From a virus: DNA of 64,000 nucleotides. A program made the position numbers and the translations under genes. The stretch lies in the IMG/VR virus record IMGVR_UViG_3300034061_002899; one strand, written 5' to 3'. Positions 17,330 through 24,513 of this stretch are shown in pieces; within the stretch, counting starts at the first letter, position 1; the number at the start of each line of letters is the position of its first letter. The notes beneath the pieces are model-generated. The model saw nothing but the letters and a program-made list of their open reading frames with translations, searched no databases and had not been told where the DNA came from.

Positions 17330-17524
17330 AGTATAAGCTACTTGTTTCCACACAAGCCCTTAATTGAGCGGTTACTCTGTCCATCTCATTTATTCAAAGT
17401 CTGTGTGCAGTGAGAATCTGCCTATCAGAGCCTGCGAGGGTATTTTTAATCCTCACGCTAACGGTTTTCTGCCACCGGATCTCTATCATTAATCAAACGC
17501 TATTTTAACGAAAATAGTAACGGG
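17330..17524 (-). ncRNA. structured ncRNA candidate (GGACAG family, copy 2)
   Basis: AGGCAG..stem..TGGACAGAGTAACCGCTCA..GGGCTTG..CAAGTAGC aligns with copy 1. Confidence 0.55.
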
Positions 17525-17528
17525 ATAC

Positions 17529-17604
17529 TGGAGCTCGGTACGGGATTCGAACCCGTGTGAATGCCGTGAAAGGGCACTATCCTAGGCCACTAGATGAACC
17601 GAGC
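17529..17604 (-). tRNA. tRNA-Glu(TTC)
   Basis: CT-TTC-AC, CCA. Confidence 0.93.
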
Positions 17605-17608
17605 ATTA

Positions 17609-17736
17609 TGTTATTAGTTTTGCTGACGCACTATTTGCTATGTCTCAACGGAATTGGTGGCCACACTACCGTTTATCGTCATAGTTACGTAGGGTTGACG
17701 TTTACCCAAGGGCTTACATCAGCAAAACTAATAACA
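17609..17736 (-). ncRNA. structured RNA candidate with perfect 18-bp closing stem
   Basis: TGTTATTAGTTTTGCTGA...TCAGCAAAACTAATAACA with nested helices. Confidence 0.5.
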
Positions 17737-17738
17737 CA

Positions 17739-17951
17739 CTATATGAAAACACACTATGGGAACTACTAAACAAATAGTCAGTACCGTCTACTGATTCAAT
17801 GTCATTCGTCATTACTGCCTAACTGCCCGTCACGTTCGTAACTTTCGTTATCATACGCTTCTTGTACTCTATGCGAAGCCAGTCCGTCAACTGGTTATGC
17901 TTCCATAGAGTACCTAACGGATCAGGTAACCCTTAATATGTTTACATATAG
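17739..17951 (-). ncRNA. structured RNA candidate with long closing stem and possible pseudoknot
   Basis: CTATATGTAAACATATTA...TAGTGTGTTTTCATATAG; loop TCCGTT is complementary to loop GACGGA. Confidence 0.5.
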
Positions 17952-18037
17952 AGCCCTGAACTTAACAGGGATATATGAATTCTAAATTTTAAAGAACTTT
18001 GTTGAAATGTCTGATGACTTTCTCAACTCATGCTATG

Positions 18038-18066
18038 ATTGTATCATAACTTCCATTTGTTGTCAA
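18038..18066 (-). promoter_or_regulatory. sigma70-type promoter
   Basis: TTGACA-17 nt-TACAAT with extended -10 TG. Confidence 0.75.
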
Positions 18067-18119
18067 ATTCTTTTTTGTGTCTCTGTTTCCAAGAACTTGT
18101 TCAATCAATCTATAACTAG

Positions 18120-18148
18120 AGTATAGCACTAAACTGATTTATTGTCAA
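18120..18148 (-). promoter_or_regulatory. sigma70-type promoter
   Basis: TTGACA-17 nt-TATACT with extended -10 TG. Confidence 0.8.
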
Positions 18149-18152
18149 ATTT

Positions 18153-18227
18153 TGGTCCGGGGTACAGGAATCGAACCTGTATTGACTGCTTAGAAGGCAG
18201 CTGTATTATCCATTATACTAACCCCAG
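18153..18227 (-). tRNA. tRNA-Arg(TCT)
   Basis: CT-TCT-AA, A20, CCA. Confidence 0.93.
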
Positions 18228-18248
18228 ATAAATGTCTAACTTGCCTCT

Positions 18249-18277
18249 ATTATAGCAGAGAATTGATTTATTGTCAA
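18249..18277 (-). promoter_or_regulatory. sigma70-type promoter
   Basis: TTGACA-17 nt-TATAAT with extended -10 TG. Confidence 0.85.
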
Positions 18278-18298
18278 GTGTGACAATAACTATTTGAT

Positions 18299-18374
18299 TG
18301 GCTCCCCGACCTGGGCTCGAACCAGGGACCTACGGATTAACAGTCCGGTGCTCTACCAACTGAGCTATCGAGGA
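18299..18374 (-). tRNA. tRNA-Asn(GTT)
   Basis: CT-GTT-AA, G73, CCA. Confidence 0.95.
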
Positions 18375-18379
18375 ATATT

Positions 18380-18454
18380 TGGTGCCCCAGGTTAGAATCG
18401 AACTAACTACCTACCGCTTACAAGGCGGGTGCTCTACCAGTGAGCTACAAGGGC
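18380..18454 (-). tRNA. tRNA-Thr(TGT)
   Basis: CT-TGT-AA, CCA. Confidence 0.93.
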
Positions 18455-18484
18455 TTTTGTCTTACGACTTGTTTATTTAACAGT

Positions 18485-18513
18485 ATTGTATCATAGGAAA
18501 ACTTTTTTGTCAA
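18485..18513 (-). promoter_or_regulatory. sigma70-type promoter
   Basis: TTGACA-17 nt-TACAAT. Confidence 0.75.
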
Positions 18514-18514
18514 C

Positions 18515-19075
18515 CTATGATAATAATATTCTACTGTGTTTGGGAACACCGGCAAGCAAGTATTCCATTTGGTCTGCAAGAATAGTTCTATGTTGTAATA
18601 TCATATTCTCGTAATGATTAGGTACGTAAGGTGCATAAATTAATTCCATACGTGCTTCTTTCAATGTCTTGTGACCTTTCTTGCTGTTACAATCTTTACA
18701 AGCTGTAACAACGTTCATCCAGGTGTTCTCACCACCTTTACTCTTTGGATGAATATGATCTCTACTTAGTAAGTGAAAGTTAGGAAAGTGTTCACCGCAG
18801 TAAGCGCATACATGTCTATCACGACCAAATAATGTTTTGTTAGTTAGTGCTACACAAGAATGTTTGTATGGGTTGAATCCGTGTCCTTTGATAGCAATAA
18901 TACTAGTAGCTTCCAAGTAACTTAATGTACCGTCTTTTTGTATGCCACCACGATATTTAGCCACAATTTCCCCCATTGACCATGCTATGGCATCTTTTGC
19001 TTTATAGGTAATTGCGTCATCATTTGAGATCCACTGCCGGGGAACTCCTGAGATATCTAGTGCTAGAACAGCCAT
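18515..19075 (-). CDS. HNH endonuclease
   Basis: LFGRDRHVCAYCG...SRDHIHPKSKGG.NTWMNVVTACKDCN; AAGGAG SD before ATG 19075. Confidence 0.85.
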   Translation of the reverse strand: MAVLALDISGVPRQWISNDDAITYKAKDAIAWSMGEIVAKYRGGIQKDGTLSYLEATSIIAIKGHGFNPYKHSCVALTNKTLFGRDRHVCAYCGEHFPNFHLLSRDHIHPKSKGGENTWMNVVTACKDCNSKKGHKTLKEARMELIYAPYVPNHYENMILQHRTILADQMEYLLAGVPKHSRILLS

Positions 19076-19123
19076 GTAAAACTCCTTTTCTGCTATTGTC
19101 ACTAATTGTATTTAATGCCGTAT

Positions 19124-19198
19124 TGGCGGGTCCTGCAGGAATCGAACCCACATCCCGAAGTTCGAAGCATCGTATTCTATCCATTGAACTAAGGACCC
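19124..19198 (-). tRNA. tRNA-Arg(TCG)
   Basis: CT-TCG-AA, CCA. Confidence 0.88.
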
Positions 19199-19200
19199 AT

Positions 19201-19276
19201 TGGTACCAAGAGTTGGACTCGAACCAACCACACCTAGTGCTTCAAACTAGTGCTCTACCTGATGAGCTATCTTGGC
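19201..19276 (-). tRNA. tRNA-Phe(GAA)
   Basis: TT-GAA-GC, CCA. Confidence 0.92.
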
Positions 19277-19280
19277 TTAT

Positions 19281-19441
19281 AAAGGTGGGAGCCTAACTAT
19301 CTTATTGTTAGTAAGCCTCGCTAGATTGTCTCGTATAGGCAAGTTTATACACCCATCAATCATACTATAGTGTCATCACAGTTAACCCCACGGTGACTAG
19401 ATTGGCAGGGACTCGAACCTATCGTCTATCCCATAAACTTT
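19281..19441 (-). ncRNA. structured RNA candidate containing a T-arm-like motif
   Basis: AGGTTCGAGTCCCTGCCA inside an AAGTTTAT...ATAAACTT closing stem; no complete cloverleaf. Confidence 0.4.
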
Positions 19442-19449
19442 GAAAATTA

Positions 19450-20118
19450 TTATTTACTTTTATAAGGCAACGTACACCACATGATTACAGCAGTTTTCGA
19501 TTCTATGCCATTTTTAAGATAGTTATCGCTACAGTGCCATTTATATCGGCTGGCTGCCAACAATGAACCGGTCTTCCATGGGAAAACGGTTTCAATTGAT
19601 AAGTATCTCATTTTTTCTCTCAACTCATATGAAAGGTATTTTTCATATGTTTCGTCATCTATAGAATCAATGGGGTCTGCTTTTTGAATGTATTCGTCAA
19701 TATTTTTACTAGTGGTATACCATTCATTAAAAATGACAGTATTAGAATCTACTGTTTCTAATGGAATAACAACTGTATATGCACCATAGTGGTCATCATC
19801 TATTCCATATTCCCCATATATACCATCTATATGTGTTCGGTATGGAGTATATGATTCTAATATATGCATCCCACCTATAACTAAATCAGCTCCAAATTCT
19901 TTATGCATTTTTTCTCTTAATAACAAATCAGAATTTTTCATCGACGGATTATCTAATATTGACGTAATTTTACATTCTAATTCATTTTCGGAATATGTTT
20001 CAGATATAGCGTTTGGATCTACGGTAATAGCTTCAAGTAAAATAGATTCAACCTCTGTATTAGATAAAAAATTATCTATAACTCTAGTATCAACAATGGG
20101 TGGGTTAAGATTAATCAT
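19450..20118 (-). CDS. 2OG-Fe(II) oxygenase-like protein
   Basis: HID...VVIPL...WKTGSL...WH.S; TATAAATA box upstream. Confidence 0.5.
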   Translation of the reverse strand: MINLNPPIVDTRVIDNFLSNTEVESILLEAITVDPNAISETYSENELECKITSILDNPSMKNSDLLLREKMHKEFGADLVIGGMHILESYTPYRTHIDGIYGEYGIDDDHYGAYTVVIPLETVDSNTVIFNEWYTTSKNIDEYIQKADPIDSIDDETYEKYLSYELREKMRYLSIETVFPWKTGSLLAASRYKWHCSDNYLKNGIESKTAVIMWCTLPYKSK

Positions 20119-20141
20119 AATATAACTATTTATATAATGTT

Positions 20142-20219
20142 TGGCACCCCCTCAAGGATTCGAACCTCGGTGTGTCGGAATCAAAATCCGATGCCTTAGA
20201 CCAACTTGGCGAAGGGGGT
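20142..20219 (-). tRNA. tRNA-Gln(TTG)
   Basis: TT-TTG-AT, G73, CCA. Confidence 0.93.
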
Positions 20220-20228
20220 ATTTTATCT

Positions 20229-20318
20229 TTAATAAAGAGACTCCTTGTACACATTACATAAATGTGTCCATGCTTCAATTTCTTGTTTATGCTTTTCTAC
20301 TGATTGATTCCAACTCAT
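20229..20318 (-). CDS. 29-aa small ORF
   Basis: AAGGAG-ACTCAA-ATG; MSWNQSVEKHKQEIEAWTHLCNVYKESLY*. Confidence 0.5.
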   Translation of the reverse strand: MSWNQSVEKHKQEIEAWTHLCNVYKESLY

Positions 20319-20336
20319 TTGAGTCTCCTTAAAATT

Positions 20337-20411
20337 TGGTACCGCCACCTGGACTTGAACCAGGGACCTACGCCTTATCAAGGCGGTGCTCTACCACTGA
20401 GCTATAGCGGT
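20337..20411 (-). tRNA. tRNA-Ile(GAT)
   Basis: TT-GAT-AA, CCA. Confidence 0.93.
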
Positions 20412-20415
20412 GAAT

Positions 20416-20490
20416 TGGTGGATGTAAGTAGATTTGAACTACTGACCTGCTCCGTATGAAGGAGATGCACTACCGCTGTGCTATACATCC
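20416..20490 (-). tRNA. tRNA-Met(CAT), elongator-like
   Basis: TT-CAT-AC, paired 1:72, CCA. Confidence 0.88.
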
Positions 20491-20491
20491 A

Positions 20492-20568
20492 TGGGGTGCT
20501 TGATGGGATTCGAACCCACGTATATCGGAATCACAATCCGAGGTCTTAACCGCTTGACGACAAGCACC
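20492..20568 (-). tRNA. tRNA-His(GTG)
   Basis: G-1:C73, TT-GTG-AT, CCA. Confidence 0.95.
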
Positions 20569-20575
20569 ATACTAT

Positions 20576-20652
20576 TGGTACGACCTAAGAGAGTTGAACT
20601 CCTGACCCCCAAGTTCGTAGCCTGGTGCTCTATCCATCTGAGCTAAGGTCGC
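20576..20652 (-). tRNA. tRNA-Arg(ACG)
   Basis: CT-ACG-AA, A20, CCA. Confidence 0.95.
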
Positions 20653-20724
20653 ATTCTAAAACATACTATGGCTTAACCTTTCAGGGGTCAGGGTACTGTT
20701 TACCCATAGTATGTTTTAGAATGC
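20651..20724 (-). ncRNA. small structured RNA candidate with perfect 21-bp closing stem
   Basis: GCATTCTAAAACATACTATGG...CCATAGTATGTTTTAGAATGC around two hairpins. Confidence 0.5.
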
Positions 20725-20870
20725 CGTGTATTTCTACACGACATGATAGGGTCGATACCCTATCCAGTAGTCTTACTTTTTGTGTTACCGCCACAAATTT
20801 CATGTGTACTGTCCGCCCATTCTATACATTTTGCGCTGTATTACGGCTCTCGTTGCCTATTCACGCTGTC
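20725..20870 (-). ncRNA. structured ncRNA candidate (possible GGACAG family, copy 3)
   Basis: ATAGGCAA...GGGCGGACAG followed by hairpins. Confidence 0.4.
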
Positions 20871-20871
20871 A

Positions 20872-21039
20872 TCAATCAGTATAAGTTAGTTGGTTAACTT
20901 TCTTAGTAGCCTCTTGATAGACTTTAGCACGTTCAAGTTTATTTTCTATCAACCGTGCTACTTGCTCCTTAGTCAAAACATGATTGCTAAACCAATCTGT
21001 CTTGTCTTTAGAAGTTGTGTATTCTATCTGTTCATCCAT
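20872..21039 (-). CDS. 55-aa hypothetical protein, first ORF after the terminator
   Basis: MDEQIEYTTSKDKTDWFSNHVLTKEQVARLIENKLERAKVYQEATKKVNQLTYTD*. Confidence 0.45.
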   Translation of the reverse strand: MDEQIEYTTSKDKTDWFSNHVLTKEQVARLIENKLERAKVYQEATKKVNQLTYTD

Positions 21040-21049
21040 TTATTGTCAA
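21021..21049 (-). promoter_or_regulatory. sigma70-type promoter
   Basis: TTGACA-17 nt-TAGAAT. Confidence 0.65.
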
Positions 21050-21062
21050 ATCCATTCTGTAT

Positions 21063-21101
21063 AAGTAAAAACCCCTGAGACTTTTTAGTTTCCCAGGGGT
21101 T
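21063..21101 (-). terminator. intrinsic terminator (candidate attenuator)
   Basis: AACCCCTGGGAAACT-AAAA-AGTCTCAGGGGTT followed by TTTACTT. Confidence 0.75.
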
Positions 21102-21129
21102 AGATAAATTTAGTTATGATGTTAACTTG

Positions 21130-21267
21130 TTACCTAGTCCCCGGGCCATGTTCATTTGAATCATTGTAGCCACGAATACTTGTTGGATATGCTGGTACAA
21201 AGGATACACTGGCTGTTGTCTGCCATTGCCCGTTATGCTTCAACATGTTACAAGTTTTATTCATCAT
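21130..21267 (-). CDS. putative 45-aa leader peptide
   Basis: MMNKTCNMLKHNGQWQTTASVSFVPAYPTSIRGYNDSNEHGPGTR*; CTAAATA box 7 nt upstream; 3' end complementary to the terminator. Confidence 0.6.
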   Translation of the reverse strand: MMNKTCNMLKHNGQWQTTASVSFVPAYPTSIRGYNDSNEHGPGTR

Positions 21268-21343
21268 AGTCTTTTATTTAGTCCTGGTTTAAAATTAGTG
21301 CAAATTACATATGTTTTTTGCACCTTTTCTCAATTCATGCTGA

Positions 21344-21372
21344 AGTATAGCATAGCTAGGAATTGATGTCAA
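21344..21372 (-). promoter_or_regulatory. sigma70-type promoter upstream of the leader ORF
   Basis: TTGACA-17 nt-TATACT with extended -10 TG. Confidence 0.8.
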
Positions 21373-21433
21373 CATTTTTTTAAAGCATGTTGCCCAAAAA
21401 TTTTGTTTATGATTAGCCCGTATACCCTAGTTA

Positions 21434-22258
21434 TTATTTAAATAAATGATCAAACAGTTTGGCAATTTTTGTATGACCAAGTAGAGTTGGATGGAAGGAA
21501 TATGGGTTAATTAGGTCATTTGCAATAAGATGATCTATTCTATTTGTGTCTTTTACCCATTGACTAGTATGGTAGCCGTCAATATTATTATTGAATTCAG
21601 AATCTATTGCAAGTTGACTCATAAGGTCTCTTGATGTTGGATGATCTATAACAAAATTATTGATTTGAGTATTGTTCTTATAATTAGATTCTGATCCTTG
21701 TTTAAGACCCGGACTATCTAAAGTGTAATCATGATGGTTAAATGAATCGAACCAATAATTTTTTATGCCCAACGCATTAAAGAATGAATTCCAATGATTC
21801 ATTTCCTGTGCCAGTTCAAAGATTTCATGATTATGGTCATATATATTTTTGAGCATGAATTCAGACATGTTTTTTTCTACAGGACAAGGGTGTTTGTCAC
21901 TTGACAATAAGAAGTTCGTATAGTCATTATTCATTGAGGAAAACCATTCATTTCTTCCAGTAGAGGTTATCCCCCACAGTACGATAACTTCACTACCAGA
22001 TTGTTTGATAGAGTTAAAAGAAGTTCCTGAAAAAAAATTCCTGGCTAGTCTAAATTGTCGTCTATTACTAGATCGCCATATTGACATGTTTATATTTTTA
22101 TACCCATATTGTTCAGCTAGTATGTTTCTGAAACTTAGGGTGTCGGCTACATTTTTATCAAATACGATTTTTTTAAAATCTACATCAGACATACCAGATG
22201 TATAACCAACACCAGCTCCCCATGTCCAACTACATCCCAGTGTTATTAAATATTTCAT
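21434..22258 (-). CDS. SGNH-like protein
   Basis: LGCSWTWG, SN, LWGITSTGR, FHPTLLGH. Confidence 0.55.
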   Translation of the reverse strand: MKYLITLGCSWTWGAGVGYTSGMSDVDFKKIVFDKNVADTLSFRNILAEQYGYKNINMSIWRSSNRRQFRLARNFFSGTSFNSIKQSGSEVIVLWGITSTGRNEWFSSMNNDYTNFLLSSDKHPCPVEKNMSEFMLKNIYDHNHEIFELAQEMNHWNSFFNALGIKNYWFDSFNHHDYTLDSPGLKQGSESNYKNNTQINNFVIDHPTSRDLMSQLAIDSEFNNNIDGYHTSQWVKDTNRIDHLIANDLINPYSFHPTLLGHTKIAKLFDHLFK

Positions 22259-23237
22259 ATTTGAATGTCATTTTGTTTTTTAAATCATTAATATACTGTA
22301 TCGGATTATTCAATACCAGTTGATTTTGTTTTGCATGATAGTTACTTAAAGTATATTTGATAAATTCTTGTTTGTCAACTTCCAATTGCCCAAAAAGTTT
22401 TGTAAATATATGAGTTAACTGGTCTCCGTCATTTAGTCTAATAACATCATATGGTAATATTATACATTCTTCATCTATAAAATCAGAATAAGGTGCGATT
22501 ACCTTAAAAGGTTCTTGTTGACCAATTTCATGACCCACATTGGGTAATAATACATGATGACCGACCGTTGGCAACAACACATAATTAACTACGTCAGGTG
22601 TATCCCCTAATAACTTGTAGTATTCAAACATGCGAACCAGGGTAATATAAGTTACTATATCTTGGTAATCAGGATTGAATCTATCATCTACAATCGTTTT
22701 TGCTAACTCTTTATCATCAAATAGTTTAGTAATTTTATATTCAGCATATTCTTTCCATCTATCTAATGCAACATTACGTCTGTTTTTGGAAATGGTTGAT
22801 ATCACATTAGGATCTAATATGTTTTTTAATTGTTGTAATATTGTAATTGTTAATTTTTCAGCCAAGGACTCTTGGGTAACTACTAGTATTTTTGCGTTTG
22901 GAAACAGGTGGCGGTAAATTGGGATGTTTGTAAAATCGTGTGTACAGCTTATTATTGGTTTTTTTATATCAAGTTGGGTGAATTGTTGTTGAACGTCAGA
23001 AATTTTAGCTAACCTATTGTGTGCTAATGATAACGGTCGTACAAAAGTAGTACGTGGTAAATTTACTTTATTAGATGTAGTATTTGATATTACGTGAAAA
23101 CTTCCAGTTGAAGAAATGTCTAACTTAGACAAGTTGTTTGACATTAGTTTATCTGTCAATCCTGCTAGAAAATTACCACCGGCGCCCGGGTGAAAAACGA
23201 TAAAATAATGTCTTAAGTTATATACATCGCTCATCAC
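22230..23237 (-). CDS. hypothetical protein, P-loop/sulfotransferase-like
   Basis: HPGAGGNFL N-terminal motif, TH motif. Confidence 0.4.
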   Translation of the reverse strand: MMSDVYNLRHYFIVFHPGAGGNFLAGLTDKLMSNNLSKLDISSTGSFHVISNTTSNKVNLPRTTFVRPLSLAHNRLAKISDVQQQFTQLDIKKPIISCTHDFTNIPIYRHLFPNAKILVVTQESLAEKLTITILQQLKNILDPNVISTISKNRRNVALDRWKEYAEYKITKLFDDKELAKTIVDDRFNPDYQDIVTYITLVRMFEYYKLLGDTPDVVNYVLLPTVGHHVLLPNVGHEIGQQEPFKVIAPYSDFIDEECIILPYDVIRLNDGDQLTHIFTKLFGQLEVDKQEFIKYTLSNYHAKQNQLVLNNPIQYINDLKNKMTFKYEIFNNTGM

Positions 23238-23240
23238 ATA

Positions 23241-23558
23241 TTAAACTTCTTCTTCTGAAATTAATTCTTTAATAAATCCGTGTTCTTCTTTTTGTCTACG
23301 CATGTGAACGAACAATCCTGCAGTGATGATCGGGTCATCTAGATATTCTAGCCAAGATGCTTTATTATCCCAAAGCATAGTAATAACTCTTTCTAGATTA
23401 TTTTCAGATAATTCAGAAGTTACAAGTATACATTTATGTGTATCTCTGTAATTGGCTATCCAATAATCTCTGACTTCACTCGAAATACTTTCATGTCCCA
23501 TAGATATAAATTCTACTGATTCATTGGGTCTAATGACTTTTTGTTTAATAAGATACAT
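23241..23558 (-). CDS. hypothetical protein
   Basis: Resembles the N-terminal domain of the upstream ORF (RP..F...Y.DT.K....SE..L...W). Confidence 0.55.
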   Translation of the reverse strand: MYLIKQKVIRPNESVEFISMGHESISSEVRDYWIANYRDTHKCILVTSELSENNLERVITMLWDNKASWLEYLDDPIITAGLFVHMRRQKEEHGFIKELISEEEV

Positions 23559-23577
23559 AAGTAATTCCTTAAATTGA

Positions 23578-24501
23578 TTATATTATATTTATCATAGTTG
23601 CAAGGTTTCCTGTTACATCTTTTGTAATATCAGCGTAACCTTCTTTTATAAAGGCTTCAGGATAGTAACTTTTAATTAAATCTTCTTGATATTTTCCTTG
23701 AATTTGACCTTTCCATTGCACTGCGGCACTGGTCATTTCTTCTGGATTTTCCCAACGTTGGAATGCTAAAATGACAAAACCATTACCAGTGCTTGCATCT
23801 GCATCACCGCCATGGTATGCACCATTAACTAACTTAGTACTAAGTCCTCCCCAAGTGCTACCTGTATTGGTGGTTGATCCTTCATTTGGTTTCCAATTTC
23901 CCCCACCTCCCATTGTCATAGTAATTACTTCCATTCTAGGATGTGAGTGTTTCCAAATATACATGTTTGGATACTCAATGTAAAATTCAACTTGATAATT
24001 ACCCTTTCTGAATAAACAAATAGCTACAGCATCATCACTGCGTATTACATTTGCATTCCACGGAATCATCATAGGCATTCTTTGTTCACAATACCAATCT
24101 ACAAAATCTTCAAGACTGGACCAATCCTCTGGAATTTTAACATCTTTAAAATAATCATCAGCATTGATTGTTTTCCAAGTTGGTCTAATAAATCCAGCAT
24201 CAGATGTTGATGATGATGTTATGCCATTCAATTGGTCATATTCTGCACTAATTTTTAAAAAGTTTTCTATACAAAACGAGTCGGTGAAGAATTCAGCAAA
24301 GGCTTCTTGTGATTCCCATTCTGACGTAGCAGTTATAGTCAACTGATCCTCTGACATTGTTCTCTCAAATCTTAATAGTTTACCGGTATCTATATAATTT
24401 GCTTTTAAATATGATCCGTATTCGGGTCTGACAAGTTTAGTCTGATAAAAGAATGGAATGTCTGCGCTAGGTCTTGTTTGTGTTTTTACGATTGATATCA
24501 T
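23578..24501 (-). CDS. hypothetical two-domain protein with C-terminal cupin-like region
   Basis: FRKGNYQVEFY...HSHP.ME...HGG. Confidence 0.5.
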   Translation of the reverse strand: MISIVKTQTRPSADIPFFYQTKLVRPEYGSYLKANYIDTGKLLRFERTMSEDQLTITATSEWESQEAFAEFFTDSFCIENFLKISAEYDQLNGITSSSTSDAGFIRPTWKTINADDYFKDVKIPEDWSSLEDFVDWYCEQRMPMMIPWNANVIRSDDAVAICLFRKGNYQVEFYIEYPNMYIWKHSHPRMEVITMTMGGGGNWKPNEGSTTNTGSTWGGLSTKLVNGAYHGGDADASTGNGFVILAFQRWENPEEMTSAAVQWKGQIQGKYQEDLIKSYYPEAFIKEGYADITKDVTGNLATMINII

Positions 24502-24513
24502 TTTTATTCCTTA

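Noticed and set aside
13475-21078. ORF-track calls overlapping tRNAs or structured RNAs (e.g. 15777-16181, 16948-17139, 19012-19296, 20141-20332, 20625-20897)
   Set aside because: They are translations of tRNA or ncRNA sequence.
10830-21400. tmRNA or CRISPR array within the RNA region
   Set aside because: No tag-peptide frame within Ala-type tmRNA ends, and no regularly spaced direct repeats.
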